Source: Candidatus Subterrananammoxibius californiae
GTDB lineage: Bacteria; Planctomycetota; Brocadiia; Brocadiales; Subterrananammoxibiaceae
DNA: 49,944 nt
NCBI GenBank assembly: GCA_030586555.1
Contig: JAURAC010000025.1
Location: forward strand, 1 to 49,944
Direction: 5' to 3'
This document shows, piece after piece, positions 19,253 through 27,980 of the stretch. The notes under the pieces are model-generated. The model ran no database searches and was not told the DNA's origin. It was given only the letters and a program-made list of their open reading frames with translations. Position numbers and translations under genes: made by a program. Every line of letters starts with the position of its first letter. Positions within the stretch are counted from its first letter, which is position 1.

Positions 19253-20195
19253 AAACCTCAATATCACCCCCTAATCCAAATAGCCTTGAGATACAAGATG
19301 TAATAATTGAAAAAATTAGTCCGGGAGGAAAAATAAAAAGCAAAAAAAGTAGGTCACGATATAAGAAGACATCCTTTGACAATAATATATCCTTGAGGCG
19401 TACCCTCTTCATTATCAAATCAAACAATAGATTTTGTCTATGCGAAATTACATTCAATATACTCTGAATCATACCAAAGAAATCATACTCGAAAGATGAT
19501 TGTTTAACCTTATATACCTTGAATTCATTCTTATTTAAAAGATTGGCAAGCGTTGTTGTGGTAAAATTATATAAATGTCTGGGAACGTCCAGATGAAACC
19601 ACCTTTCCCTCGAAAGCATAAATTGGAGACTTTTTAGGTTTGGAACATCTATTATCAGGACTCCATCTCTTTTTAACAGTCTATATATCTCATTCAATGT
19701 TTCAGAAGGATTTTTTATATGTTCAAAAACATGCCACAAGGTAATAACATCAAAATAATTTTCAGGGAAATTACAGGTTTCAACACTTCCTTTTCTAACA
19801 TCGAGATTAAATTCTTCTTTAGCCCGTTTACAAGAGTATTCCGATAGCTCCGTCCCAAACACATCCCAGCCCCTTTTCCTCATTTCCCGCAGCATTCTTC
19901 CACTCCCACAACCTATGTCTAATATCCTTCTTGCCTCATCACCTGGAACTTCTATTTCTATCCTTTTTATCCTGCACCAGATAGTTATAATATCAATAAT
20001 AGACCTTCTCTTGCCATAATAAGAAGGGGGGTAATATTTCTCTATTTCTTTATCATCGGGTCTTGGATTAACATACGTCAAGCCGCATCTCGTACAGGAG
20101 ACAATTTCAAACTTATCCCCAGTAATATAATCATACGCAGTAAACAATCTTCTTGTTTCATCAAGGTTACATATAGCACATGTAGTGTATTCCAT
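19191..20195 (-). CDS. Class I SAM-dependent methyltransferase with N-terminal CxxC pairs
   Basis: CAIC...CTRCGLTYVNP, ILDIGCGSG, WHVFEH, HLDVPRHL. Confidence 0.9.
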   Translation of the reverse strand: MEYTTCAICNLDETRRLFTAYDYITGDKFEIVSCTRCGLTYVNPRPDDKEIEKYYPPSYYGKRRSIIDIITIWCRIKRIEIEVPGDEARRILDIGCGSGRMLREMRKRGWDVFGTELSEYSCKRAKEEFNLDVRKGSVETCNFPENYFDVITLWHVFEHIKNPSETLNEIYRLLKRDGVLIIDVPNLKSLQFMLSRERWFHLDVPRHLYNFTTTTLANLLNKNEFKVYKVKQSSFEYDFFGMIQSILNVISHRQNLLFDLIMKRVRLKDILLSKDVFLYRDLLFLLFIFPPGLIFSIITSCISRLFGLGGDIEVYAKKGISYRSQFSSPFCMDT

Positions 20196-20203
20196 TCATC
20201 TCC

Positions 20204-20468
20204 TTATTTAAACGCAATTGAACGCCCCTATAATAGCCAATTGCCTTAAATCTGGGCCCATATCGTGGTCTACAGGACGGCCTGTAAAGCTATAGGCAAA
20301 TCTAATTCGTTGATTCCCTTCCCCTGAAATAAATTCAGGGCAGGCTTTAATATATGCCTATGGAATCTTTACCTCAATATCCTCAAAATATGTGGCCGGA
20401 TGGGTAAAGGTATGCTCGCCTAAGAAATTATCGTTAAGATATATCCTTATACTTTGCTTTTTACCCGG
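20204..20468 (-). pseudogene. Remnant fourth copy of the GT-C C-terminal module
   Basis: PGKKQSIRIYLNDNFLGEHTFTHPATYFEDIEVKIP*AYIK[ACPEFISG]EGNQRIRFAYSFTG...DLRQLA; internal stop and terminal frameshift. Confidence 0.88.
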
Positions 20469-20480
20469 TTCGGAGGCATC

Positions 20481-21185
20481 TTATATCAGCTTCATCTCAT
20501 AAACATACATAACCTCGCCGATGTTGCGCTTGCTGGCGATGAGGTTTATGTTATATCCGTTATTCTTAAACTCATTTAAGATTGCGTTCAGGGCTGTATC
20601 TGTTGAAAGGATAACAAGTATCCTTCCACCTGGATTAAGATGTTTGCCAGCTTCGCTTATGAATCTAAAAATGACTTCATAATTGTCACCTGCTTTTATG
20701 GCGTGCTCAAACCAGCCACTTGGCTTGCCAGAGTAATATGGGGGACTATAAAGAATTAAATCAATTTTTTCATCTTTAACTGGTTCAAAGAGGTCGCCCT
20801 GCCTGACATCAATTTTGTCCTCTAAATTATTTAACATTACATTAATTTTTGCGCATCTAACGGCATAAGGATTTATGTCTGTGGCTATAACCCTTTTACA
20901 ATAATCTGCTGCAAAGATAGCCTCTATGCCAGAACCCGTCCCCATGTCCAACACGTAATCAGTTTCCTTAACGGTTTCTTTGTTGAAACAGCTAACAAAG
21001 AATTTACTTGTAAAAAAGAGGCCTGGGTGAAAAACTTTGGGTAATACAATGAAGTGTTTACCCATTATATCTTCTAATACGATATTGTTAAATTGCTTCG
21101 AGTAATATCTTACAAGCAATGGTCTTGCCAGACGACGCAGTAAACCAATAACACGACTTTTTTTAATCTCGACTATCGTTTCCAT
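20481..21185 (-). CDS. HemK/PrmC-like methyltransferase
   Basis: VFHP, VLDMGTGSG, DINPYAV, GDLFEP, YSPPYY. Confidence 0.88.
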   Translation of the reverse strand: METIVEIKKSRVIGLLRRLARPLLVRYYSKQFNNIVLEDIMGKHFIVLPKVFHPGLFFTSKFFVSCFNKETVKETDYVLDMGTGSGIEAIFAADYCKRVIATDINPYAVRCAKINVMLNNLEDKIDVRQGDLFEPVKDEKIDLILYSPPYYSGKPSGWFEHAIKAGDNYEVIFRFISEAGKHLNPGGRILVILSTDTALNAILNEFKNNGYNINLIASKRNIGEVMYVYEMKLI

Positions 21186-22693
21186 ATTGTAATTGTAGGG
21201 GCAGGTTTAAAACCTGCCCCTACGTTTCCAAGGGAATAATTAGTTATAGAGGTATTCTGTCGTTGGTGATACAGATACTTGAAAGCCAATTTTAATTCGA
21301 TTGGCATGTGGAAAAAGCGTAAATGGTATCGCCACGAGCCGAGCATTTTAAGGAATCGTCTGTATGGCAGGCTTATACGTTCAGTTATTGTGGGATAACG
21401 GGCGCCCAACACCAGTCCAAAATTCTCCACAAGCCTTTTATGATGTGGCTTCAGCCACAGGGTTTGAGGGTTATGTCTCTCATCAAAGTTTTCCCACCTT
21501 TCGCTGACCCATTCCTCCAAAGTATCTGGGTATTTAAACCCACAGGAGACGGCGTCTTCATACATACCAGGCAAAGGTATAGGGGTATATAAACAAAGTA
21601 ATATTTCACAACTGGGATTGTCCTTTTTGAGGTGGTAAATAAAGTCTATACTTTCTCGAATATCCTTCTCCGGGTCATAAGGATTACCCACCACAAAGAA
21701 GAAATACGGTATTATGCCATAACTCTTGCATCTTTTATTTAAATCCACCGTTTGTTGGGTGGTCAAACCTTTATCCATGCGTTGCAAGATTTCATCGGAG
21801 CCAGACTCGGCGCCGAGGTAAATCATTCTACATCCACCCTTTTTCATCTTGAGCCAGGTTTCGTATGAATACTTGAGCAGTGTATCAATCCTCCCCTCTC
21901 CGAACCAGGAAATATTCAGACCTGCAACCCTGTCGCAGAATTCCACCGTTCTCGCCTCTGAAACAAAGAAATTGCTGTCATGGAATTCCACTGCATCAAT
22001 TAAATAACTATCTTTGAGTAAAGTGATTGTATTTGCTGTACGCTCAGCAGACTCGGCTAACCAGTGGGAGTCGTACATATTAACAACCCCACAAAAGTTA
22101 CATCTGTAAGGGCATCCGATGCTTGAGCTGTGGGATATAGTTCTATTGCCAAGAAAGGTGGGAACAAGATACTTGTTTACGTCAACTGCTTCGTAAGGGT
22201 ATCGGGGTAGTAAATCAAGACTCACCAGCGTGCGAGGTCGGTTGTGTTTTATTTCTCCATTTTCTTTATAGGATAGTCCATCAATATTTGAAAATGATTT
22301 TCCATTCTTGCAAGCATCAATAAGTTCCAATTGAGTGAACTCCCCTTGCCCTCGAATAACAAAATCAACAAAGTCAGAGTTTACTACACAATCAGGAAAT
22401 ATTGTGGGGAAATATCCTCCCCAGATTATAGTTAAATCAGGTATCTGCTTCTTGATTCTCTTACAGTCTTCGTAAGCACGCTTTAAGCTTGGTCCGCCCA
22501 TCACAGTAACGCCCAGGAAATGCGGTGGTTCGTTATTATTAATATGGTGGAGTATGCTCTCATAAGCATTATCATTTAGATTTCCATCAATAATTACATA
22601 GTCATCCTTTAAGACTGCCGCCAGAGCCAGTAAAGACTTTGGCAACCTCTGTTTGCCCTTACGTTCAATTTTAGGGTTGTAAAGAATAATCAT
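21173..22693 (-). CDS. Cobalamin-binding radical SAM protein
   Basis: WGGYFP, RGQGE, SIGCPYRCNFC, GAESG. Confidence 0.92.
   Translation of the reverse strand: MIILYNPKIERKGKQRLPKSLLALAAVLKDDYVIIDGNLNDNAYESILHHINNNEPPHFLGVTVMGGPSLKRAYEDCKRIKKQIPDLTIIWGGYFPTIFPDCVVNSDFVDFVIRGQGEFTQLELIDACKNGKSFSNIDGLSYKENGEIKHNRPRTLVSLDLLPRYPYEAVDVNKYLVPTFLGNRTISHSSSIGCPYRCNFCGVVNMYDSHWLAESAERTANTITLLKDSYLIDAVEFHDSNFFVSEARTVEFCDRVAGLNISWFGEGRIDTLLKYSYETWLKMKKGGCRMIYLGAESGSDEILQRMDKGLTTQQTVDLNKRCKSYGIIPYFFFVVGNPYDPEKDIRESIDFIYHLKKDNPSCEILLCLYTPIPLPGMYEDAVSCGFKYPDTLEEWVSERWENFDERHNPQTLWLKPHHKRLVENFGLVLGARYPTITERISLPYRRFLKMLGSWRYHLRFFHMPIELKLAFKYLYHQRQNTSITNYSLGNVGAGFKPAPTITIWKR
21195..21223. repeat. GTAG-type REP-like palindrome in the CDS tail
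   Basis: gtaggggcaggtttaaaacctgcccctac, 14-bp perfect arms; VGAGFKPAPT. Confidence 0.92.
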
Positions 22694-23433
22694 TTAGAAA
22701 ATAATCGGCTTCTTAAGATGCCTAACTTGTGAAGTGAGTATCTTATTAGCATAAATAACGTTTCTAACCCGTAACGGATGCTTTGCAGGAAACTTGCTGA
22801 CGAGCAACCCTCAAAATATCTTGTTGCGGCTGGAACCTCTGCAACCCTGAGTCCTAAAGCAACGGCTTGTACGATTACCTGTGTGTCAAATACGAAATTA
22901 TTGGAATTTCTGAGAAAAGGCACAGTTTCAAGAAATCGCCTGCTATATGCCCTGTATCCTGTATGAAATTCTGACATATTTAGACCAAGAACTACGTTTT
23001 CACAAAAAGTTAGGAACTTATTTGAGACGTACTTATAGATGGGCATTCCGCCTTCAAGGGCTTTGCCTTTTAATATCATCCTCGAGCCGAGGACCATATC
23101 TGCCTCATTATTCTGTAATGGTTTAATAAGCTCAGGAACCAGCCGGGGGTCATACTGTCCATCTGGGTGAAGCATGATAACGATATCTGCCCCATCCCTC
23201 AGCGCCTCCATATAGCAGGTCTTTTGATTCCCTCCGTAGCCAACATTATGAGGATGCGCAATGACCTTTATTTGAAGATTCCTTGCTATTTCCACTGTTT
23301 TATCCTTACTTGCATCATCAACAAGGATAACCTCATTAACAATGCGCGTATCTATATTTTCATAAGTTGCAAGTAATGTTTTAGCGGCATTGTATGCAGG
23401 CATTACTACAACAATCTTCTGGTTTATACCCAT
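22690..23433 (-). CDS. GT2 glycosyltransferase (DPM1-like)
   Basis: VMPAYNA, VDDASKD, GYGGNQK, HPDGQY, EFHTGYRAY. Confidence 0.93.
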   Translation of the reverse strand: MGINQKIVVVMPAYNAAKTLLATYENIDTRIVNEVILVDDASKDKTVEIARNLQIKVIAHPHNVGYGGNQKTCYMEALRDGADIVIMLHPDGQYDPRLVPELIKPLQNNEADMVLGSRMILKGKALEGGMPIYKYVSNKFLTFCENVVLGLNMSEFHTGYRAYSRRFLETVPFLRNSNNFVFDTQVIVQAVALGLRVAEVPAATRYFEGCSSASFLQSIRYGLETLFMLIRYSLHKLGILRSRLFSK

Positions 23434-23459
23434 CCAATCTTTTCCCTCTGGACCAAGGC

Positions 23460-24920
23460 TTACTTACCTATTTCTTGTGAAGCTGGTTTGTATGGATAAA
23501 AGAATTTTCTTATCCACAATTCAAATGGGAAATTGTAGAACCTTCTTTTAATCCTTTGTTGAGCTAATAAAACAAACAAATTTTTAATGTTTAAAGTTTC
23601 TTTCTCTTTTTTCAACGCTTTGTTAAGCGAAGTTGAAAAGCCAATCTCAATATACCTTTTTATTCTGGTAAGTCTTTCCATCTCTGCGGGATTAAGCCAT
23701 GGCAGAACCATGAACCTTGGGTTAAACTTCGCCCATCCGTCAAACGTCTTTGGTGTTTCGATTCCATGTTTAACAGCATGTTCCCATACTGGGGACCCCG
23801 GATAAGGGGTGAAGATACTCGTGCAAATCACAGCCTGTGGGTTACGAACCCGAATCTGCTCTATCAAATCTAAACTTGCGGAGATATCCTCTTCTGTTTC
23901 ACCTGGATAGCCGAAGATGAAGAAAAAGGTGCTTGTAATACCCCATTCTTTGCACCTTTCGGCGCTGATTAAGATGTCCTCATTTTTTTCCTTCTTGTTC
24001 ATTAAAGCAAGTACCTTTTCGGAACCAGATTCCGCGCCAAAGAATATTTGATAACAGCCGCTTTCAACCATGAGTTTCAATGTTTCCTCTTTGAATCTGG
24101 CAATTCTATCGCCTCTTCCCTGGGCAAACCATTTAAAGTGTGTTCCGTTCTTTATAAAACCGTTAGTTAAATCCGCAATCCTTTTTTCACTGGCAAAGAA
24201 GTTATCGTCGTTAAAGCCTATGCAACCAATGCGAAACCTCTTGACAAGGTCTGAGACTTCCTCTACCACCCTATCCGGTTTCAAGCCATTCCATTTACCG
24301 CCATAGACGGCATGGTTGCAGCAATAGGTGCAATTGTAAGGGCATCCGCAGCTTGTATAATAAAGAACCCATCTTGTGCCACTTTTTGCAAAATAACGTT
24401 CAGGGTCTGTTATTTCGTAGGGTTTTGGCGGCAACTGGTTAACGTCTATGTACTCCCTTCTCGGATTATGGATAACCTTTCCGTCCTTTTTGAAGGAAAT
24501 ACCTTTGATATGTTCTATACTACTTCCTGTCTCAAGCGCTTTCACCAACTCCATTACAGTAGCCTCGCCCTGACCTTTTACAACTATGTCCACAAAATCC
24601 TCATTTATTGTTTCAGGGAAAAGGCTCGGATGCCAGCCGCCAAGAACTATGGGAATCCTGGGATAGATTTCTTTTACCTTTCTGCCGACACTCATGGTGT
24701 CTAATACCATGGGACCAGTTACAAGGCTTATCCCGAGAAAAATTGCATCTCCCACCTCTTTAAGTATTAATTGTTGAAAATTATCATCAACATTGGCATC
24801 TACTATTTTTACTTCATAACCTTCCTTAACGAGAGGAGCTGAGATCGCCAGAAGGGCAAGAGGAGGTGCTACCTCTGGCGCTGGATACCTGGGATAGAAT
24901 AGTACGACCTTTTTCTTCAT
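23460..24920 (-). CDS. Cobalamin-binding radical SAM protein (tandem paralogue A)
   Basis: PPLALL, GGWHPS, GQGE, CPYNCTYC, GAESG. Confidence 0.93.
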   Translation of the reverse strand: MKKKVVLFYPRYPAPEVAPPLALLAISAPLVKEGYEVKIVDANVDDNFQQLILKEVGDAIFLGISLVTGPMVLDTMSVGRKVKEIYPRIPIVLGGWHPSLFPETINEDFVDIVVKGQGEATVMELVKALETGSSIEHIKGISFKKDGKVIHNPRREYIDVNQLPPKPYEITDPERYFAKSGTRWVLYYTSCGCPYNCTYCCNHAVYGGKWNGLKPDRVVEEVSDLVKRFRIGCIGFNDDNFFASEKRIADLTNGFIKNGTHFKWFAQGRGDRIARFKEETLKLMVESGCYQIFFGAESGSEKVLALMNKKEKNEDILISAERCKEWGITSTFFFIFGYPGETEEDISASLDLIEQIRVRNPQAVICTSIFTPYPGSPVWEHAVKHGIETPKTFDGWAKFNPRFMVLPWLNPAEMERLTRIKRYIEIGFSTSLNKALKKEKETLNIKNLFVLLAQQRIKRRFYNFPFELWIRKFFYPYKPASQEIGK

Positions 24921-24944
24921 TATACGGCTTTCCTCTAAAAATAA

Positions 24945-26495
24945 TTACAAAGATTGCTTAGCAAATTTACCTACAACCCTGTTAATTCGAGTAAACCTAC
25001 TATGTGACGCAAAACCTTTGAGCCAATTAAAAATCTCTCCTTTAATGGAGAATAATTTTCTTATCCATAACTCAAACGGAAAATAGAAGAACCCCTCTTT
25101 AATCCTTTGTTGAGCTAATAAAACGAACAAATTTTTAATGCTTAAAGTCCCTTTCCCTTTTTTCAATTCCTTGTCAAAAGAACTCGAAAAACCGATTGCA
25201 ACATATCTTTTTATTCTTACAAGTTTTTTCATTTCTGTTGGAGAAAGCCATGGAAGGGCCAAGGACGCACGCACAGGGTCAAACTTTGCCCATCCGTTAA
25301 ATGTCTTCGGCGCTTCGATTCCATACTTGACCGCATGTTCCCATGCCGGAGAACCTGGATAGGGGGTAAAGATGCCTGGATAAATGGTAGCATCAGGATT
25401 GCAAGCCTTAATCTGCTCAATCAAATTTAAAGTATCATAAATATCTTCCTCCGTCTCGCCCGGATAACCAAATATAAAACAGAAACCGCTTGTAATGCCC
25501 CATTTTCTACACCTTTCTGCACTAATTAAGATGTCCTCGTTATTCTCATTCTTGTTCATAAGGGCGAGAACTTTTTTAGAGCCGGATTCTGCACCAAAGA
25601 GTATTTGATAGCAGCCACTTTCAACCATGCGTTTTAATGTTTCTTCCTTGTATTTGGCAATCCTATCCCCTCTTCCAAAGGCATACCATTTAAACTGCGT
25701 TCCATTCTTTATGAAACCGTTAGCTATGTCATGAATCCTTTTTTCACTTGCGAAGAAATTATCATCGGTAAAACCTATACAATCAATGCGAAACCTCTTA
25801 ACAAGATTAGAGACTTCCTCTACCACCCTTTCTGGTTTCAGACCATTCCATTTACCACCATAGACGGCATGGTTGCAGCAATAAGTGCAATTGTATGGGC
25901 ATCCGCAACTTGTATAGTAGCGAACCCATCTTGTTCCACTCTTTGCAAAATAACGTTCCGGGTCTGTTATTTCGTAAGGTTTCGGAGGTAACTGGTTAAC
26001 GTCTATGTAATCCCTTCTCTGGTTATGGACTGCCTTTCCATTTTTCTTGAAGGAAATGCCCTTAATATTTTCGAGACTGCCTCCTGTCTCAAACGCCCTC
26101 ACTAACTCCATTACCGTCGCCTCACCCTGACCCTTTACAACTACGTCCACAAAATCCTCATTTATTGTTTCAGGAAAGAGACTCGGATGCCAGCCACCAA
26201 GAACTATGGGAATCCTGGGGTAGATTTCTTTTACCTTTCTGCCCACACTCATGGTGTCTAACACCATAGGACCGGTTACAATGCTTATTCCAAGAAAAAT
26301 CGCATCCTCCACCTCTGTAAGTACCAATTGCTCAAAATTCTCGTCAATATTAGCATCTATTATTTTTATTTCGTAACCTTCCTTAATGAGAGAGGCTGCA
26401 ACAGCTAAAAGGGCAAGAGGAGGCACTATATCTATTGTTAGATGCCGAGGATAAAAAAGTACGACCTTTTTCTTCATTTTTGCGCTTCTCCTCAT
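24945..26495 (-). CDS. Cobalamin-binding radical SAM protein (tandem paralogue B)
   Basis: Same motifs; long identical stretches with 23460-24920; probable start 26477 (MKKKVV). Confidence 0.93.
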   Translation of the reverse strand: MRRSAKMKKKVVLFYPRHLTIDIVPPLALLAVAASLIKEGYEIKIIDANIDENFEQLVLTEVEDAIFLGISIVTGPMVLDTMSVGRKVKEIYPRIPIVLGGWHPSLFPETINEDFVDVVVKGQGEATVMELVRAFETGGSLENIKGISFKKNGKAVHNQRRDYIDVNQLPPKPYEITDPERYFAKSGTRWVRYYTSCGCPYNCTYCCNHAVYGGKWNGLKPERVVEEVSNLVKRFRIDCIGFTDDNFFASEKRIHDIANGFIKNGTQFKWYAFGRGDRIAKYKEETLKRMVESGCYQILFGAESGSKKVLALMNKNENNEDILISAERCRKWGITSGFCFIFGYPGETEEDIYDTLNLIEQIKACNPDATIYPGIFTPYPGSPAWEHAVKYGIEAPKTFNGWAKFDPVRASLALPWLSPTEMKKLVRIKRYVAIGFSSSFDKELKKGKGTLSIKNLFVLLAQQRIKEGFFYFPFELWIRKLFSIKGEIFNWLKGFASHSRFTRINRVVGKFAKQSL

Positions 26496-26498
26496 TAA

Positions 26499-27968
26499 CT
26501 ACTGTGAAAATTGTTTAATAAATTCGCCTGCAATTCCACCATTACGATTAAATCTGTTGTACAACATTTTTAAACCATTTACCAGATGCATCTCTAATGG
26601 AAACGAATATAAATCATGCTTACATCGCCATCTTGCAGTTATGTAAAAAAGTAATAACAGTTTTTCTACAATGTATTTTGGCTTTTTGTACCCGTAATCA
26701 AGGTAAAAATTTAGCCGTTCGACCTGTGTCCTGAGATTGTTATCTATCCACGGCAGGGTTGGATTCTGAGGATGAAAGTCTATCCATTCTTCAACAGCCT
26801 CCGGTAATTTTGCGCCGTGGCTTACAAGGTAATCTGTTATTTCAGAACCTGGATAAACTGTATAAAAGTATATACTAATCTCACCATTTCCATTAAGTTC
26901 TTTAACGTTTTTTATAAGTTTGACCGTGGCATAAAGGTCTTCCAGTGTTTCATGCGGAAATCCAGACATAAAACTAAAAGCCGTGTCAAAGCCAAATCTC
27001 TTGCATCTTTGTGCGCTTATTAAAACGTCATCCTTTGCATACTTTTTGTCTATCCAATTTAGAATTTTTTGAGAGCCTGATTCCGCCCCTATGACCATCT
27101 TTCTGCACCCGCTGGATTTTATCTTTGCCAGTAGCTCGTCTGGCAATCTTCTTAAAATATCTGCCCTGATTGTACCAAGCCAGCTTATATTTAGTCCAGA
27201 TGAAATAATCCCATCACAAATTTCTTCTACGCGTTTGGGGTTTGCAAAGAAATTGTCATCGTTAAAACAGATTTCCTCCGAACGATACTTTGATACCAAC
27301 GCCGAAATTTCCCCTACCACCCTTTCTGCATTAAGGCTTGACCACTTACTGTCAAACACCATAGGGTCTGCACAAAATCTACAGCGATAAGGACAGCCCT
27401 GCGAAGAATAGTAATCAAGCTGGCGTTTGCCTTTCTTTGTAAAATATTTCTCCGGGTCTATAAAACTGTAATCAAGGGGTGGAAACTTGCTTATATCAGC
27501 GAAAGGCCTGTCGGGGTTATTTATAATCCTGCCGTTTTCCTTGAAGGCTATACCAGGGCAATTGTGAAGCGGTCTCTTTTCTTCAAGGCATTTAAGGAGT
27601 TCTGAAAATGTAACCTCACCTTGTCCTTTTACCACAATATCCACAGATGAATCCTTGAGACATTGCTCTGGTAAGATGGAAGGATGCCAGCCACCCCAAA
27701 CAATAGGGATGTCAGGTTGAAGTCTTTTAGCCTCTCTTGAAAAATCTAAAGCCCATCTTATAGGCTCACCTGTCCATACGGTGATACCGAAGCATAGTAA
27801 GTTATCAAATGCCTTAGCCACCTTTGAGATGCAATCATCGCTAATGCGTCCATCTACTATTTCAATATCGTATTTATTCTGGTCAAGAGAGGAGGCAATT
27901 GCCATAAGTCCAAGGGGAAATGTATAAGTCGGAGTTTTCGGATTATATAAGATGACCTTTGCTTTCAT
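26499..27968 (-). CDS. Cobalamin-binding radical SAM protein
   Basis: FPLGL, WGGWHPS, GQGE, SQGCPYRCRFC, GAESG. Confidence 0.93.
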   Translation of the reverse strand: MKAKVILYNPKTPTYTFPLGLMAIASSLDQNKYDIEIVDGRISDDCISKVAKAFDNLLCFGITVWTGEPIRWALDFSREAKRLQPDIPIVWGGWHPSILPEQCLKDSSVDIVVKGQGEVTFSELLKCLEEKRPLHNCPGIAFKENGRIINNPDRPFADISKFPPLDYSFIDPEKYFTKKGKRQLDYYSSQGCPYRCRFCADPMVFDSKWSSLNAERVVGEISALVSKYRSEEICFNDDNFFANPKRVEEICDGIISSGLNISWLGTIRADILRRLPDELLAKIKSSGCRKMVIGAESGSQKILNWIDKKYAKDDVLISAQRCKRFGFDTAFSFMSGFPHETLEDLYATVKLIKNVKELNGNGEISIYFYTVYPGSEITDYLVSHGAKLPEAVEEWIDFHPQNPTLPWIDNNLRTQVERLNFYLDYGYKKPKYIVEKLLLLFYITARWRCKHDLYSFPLEMHLVNGLKMLYNRFNRNGGIAGEFIKQFSQ

Positions 27969-27980
27969 AGTGGTTTGCGC

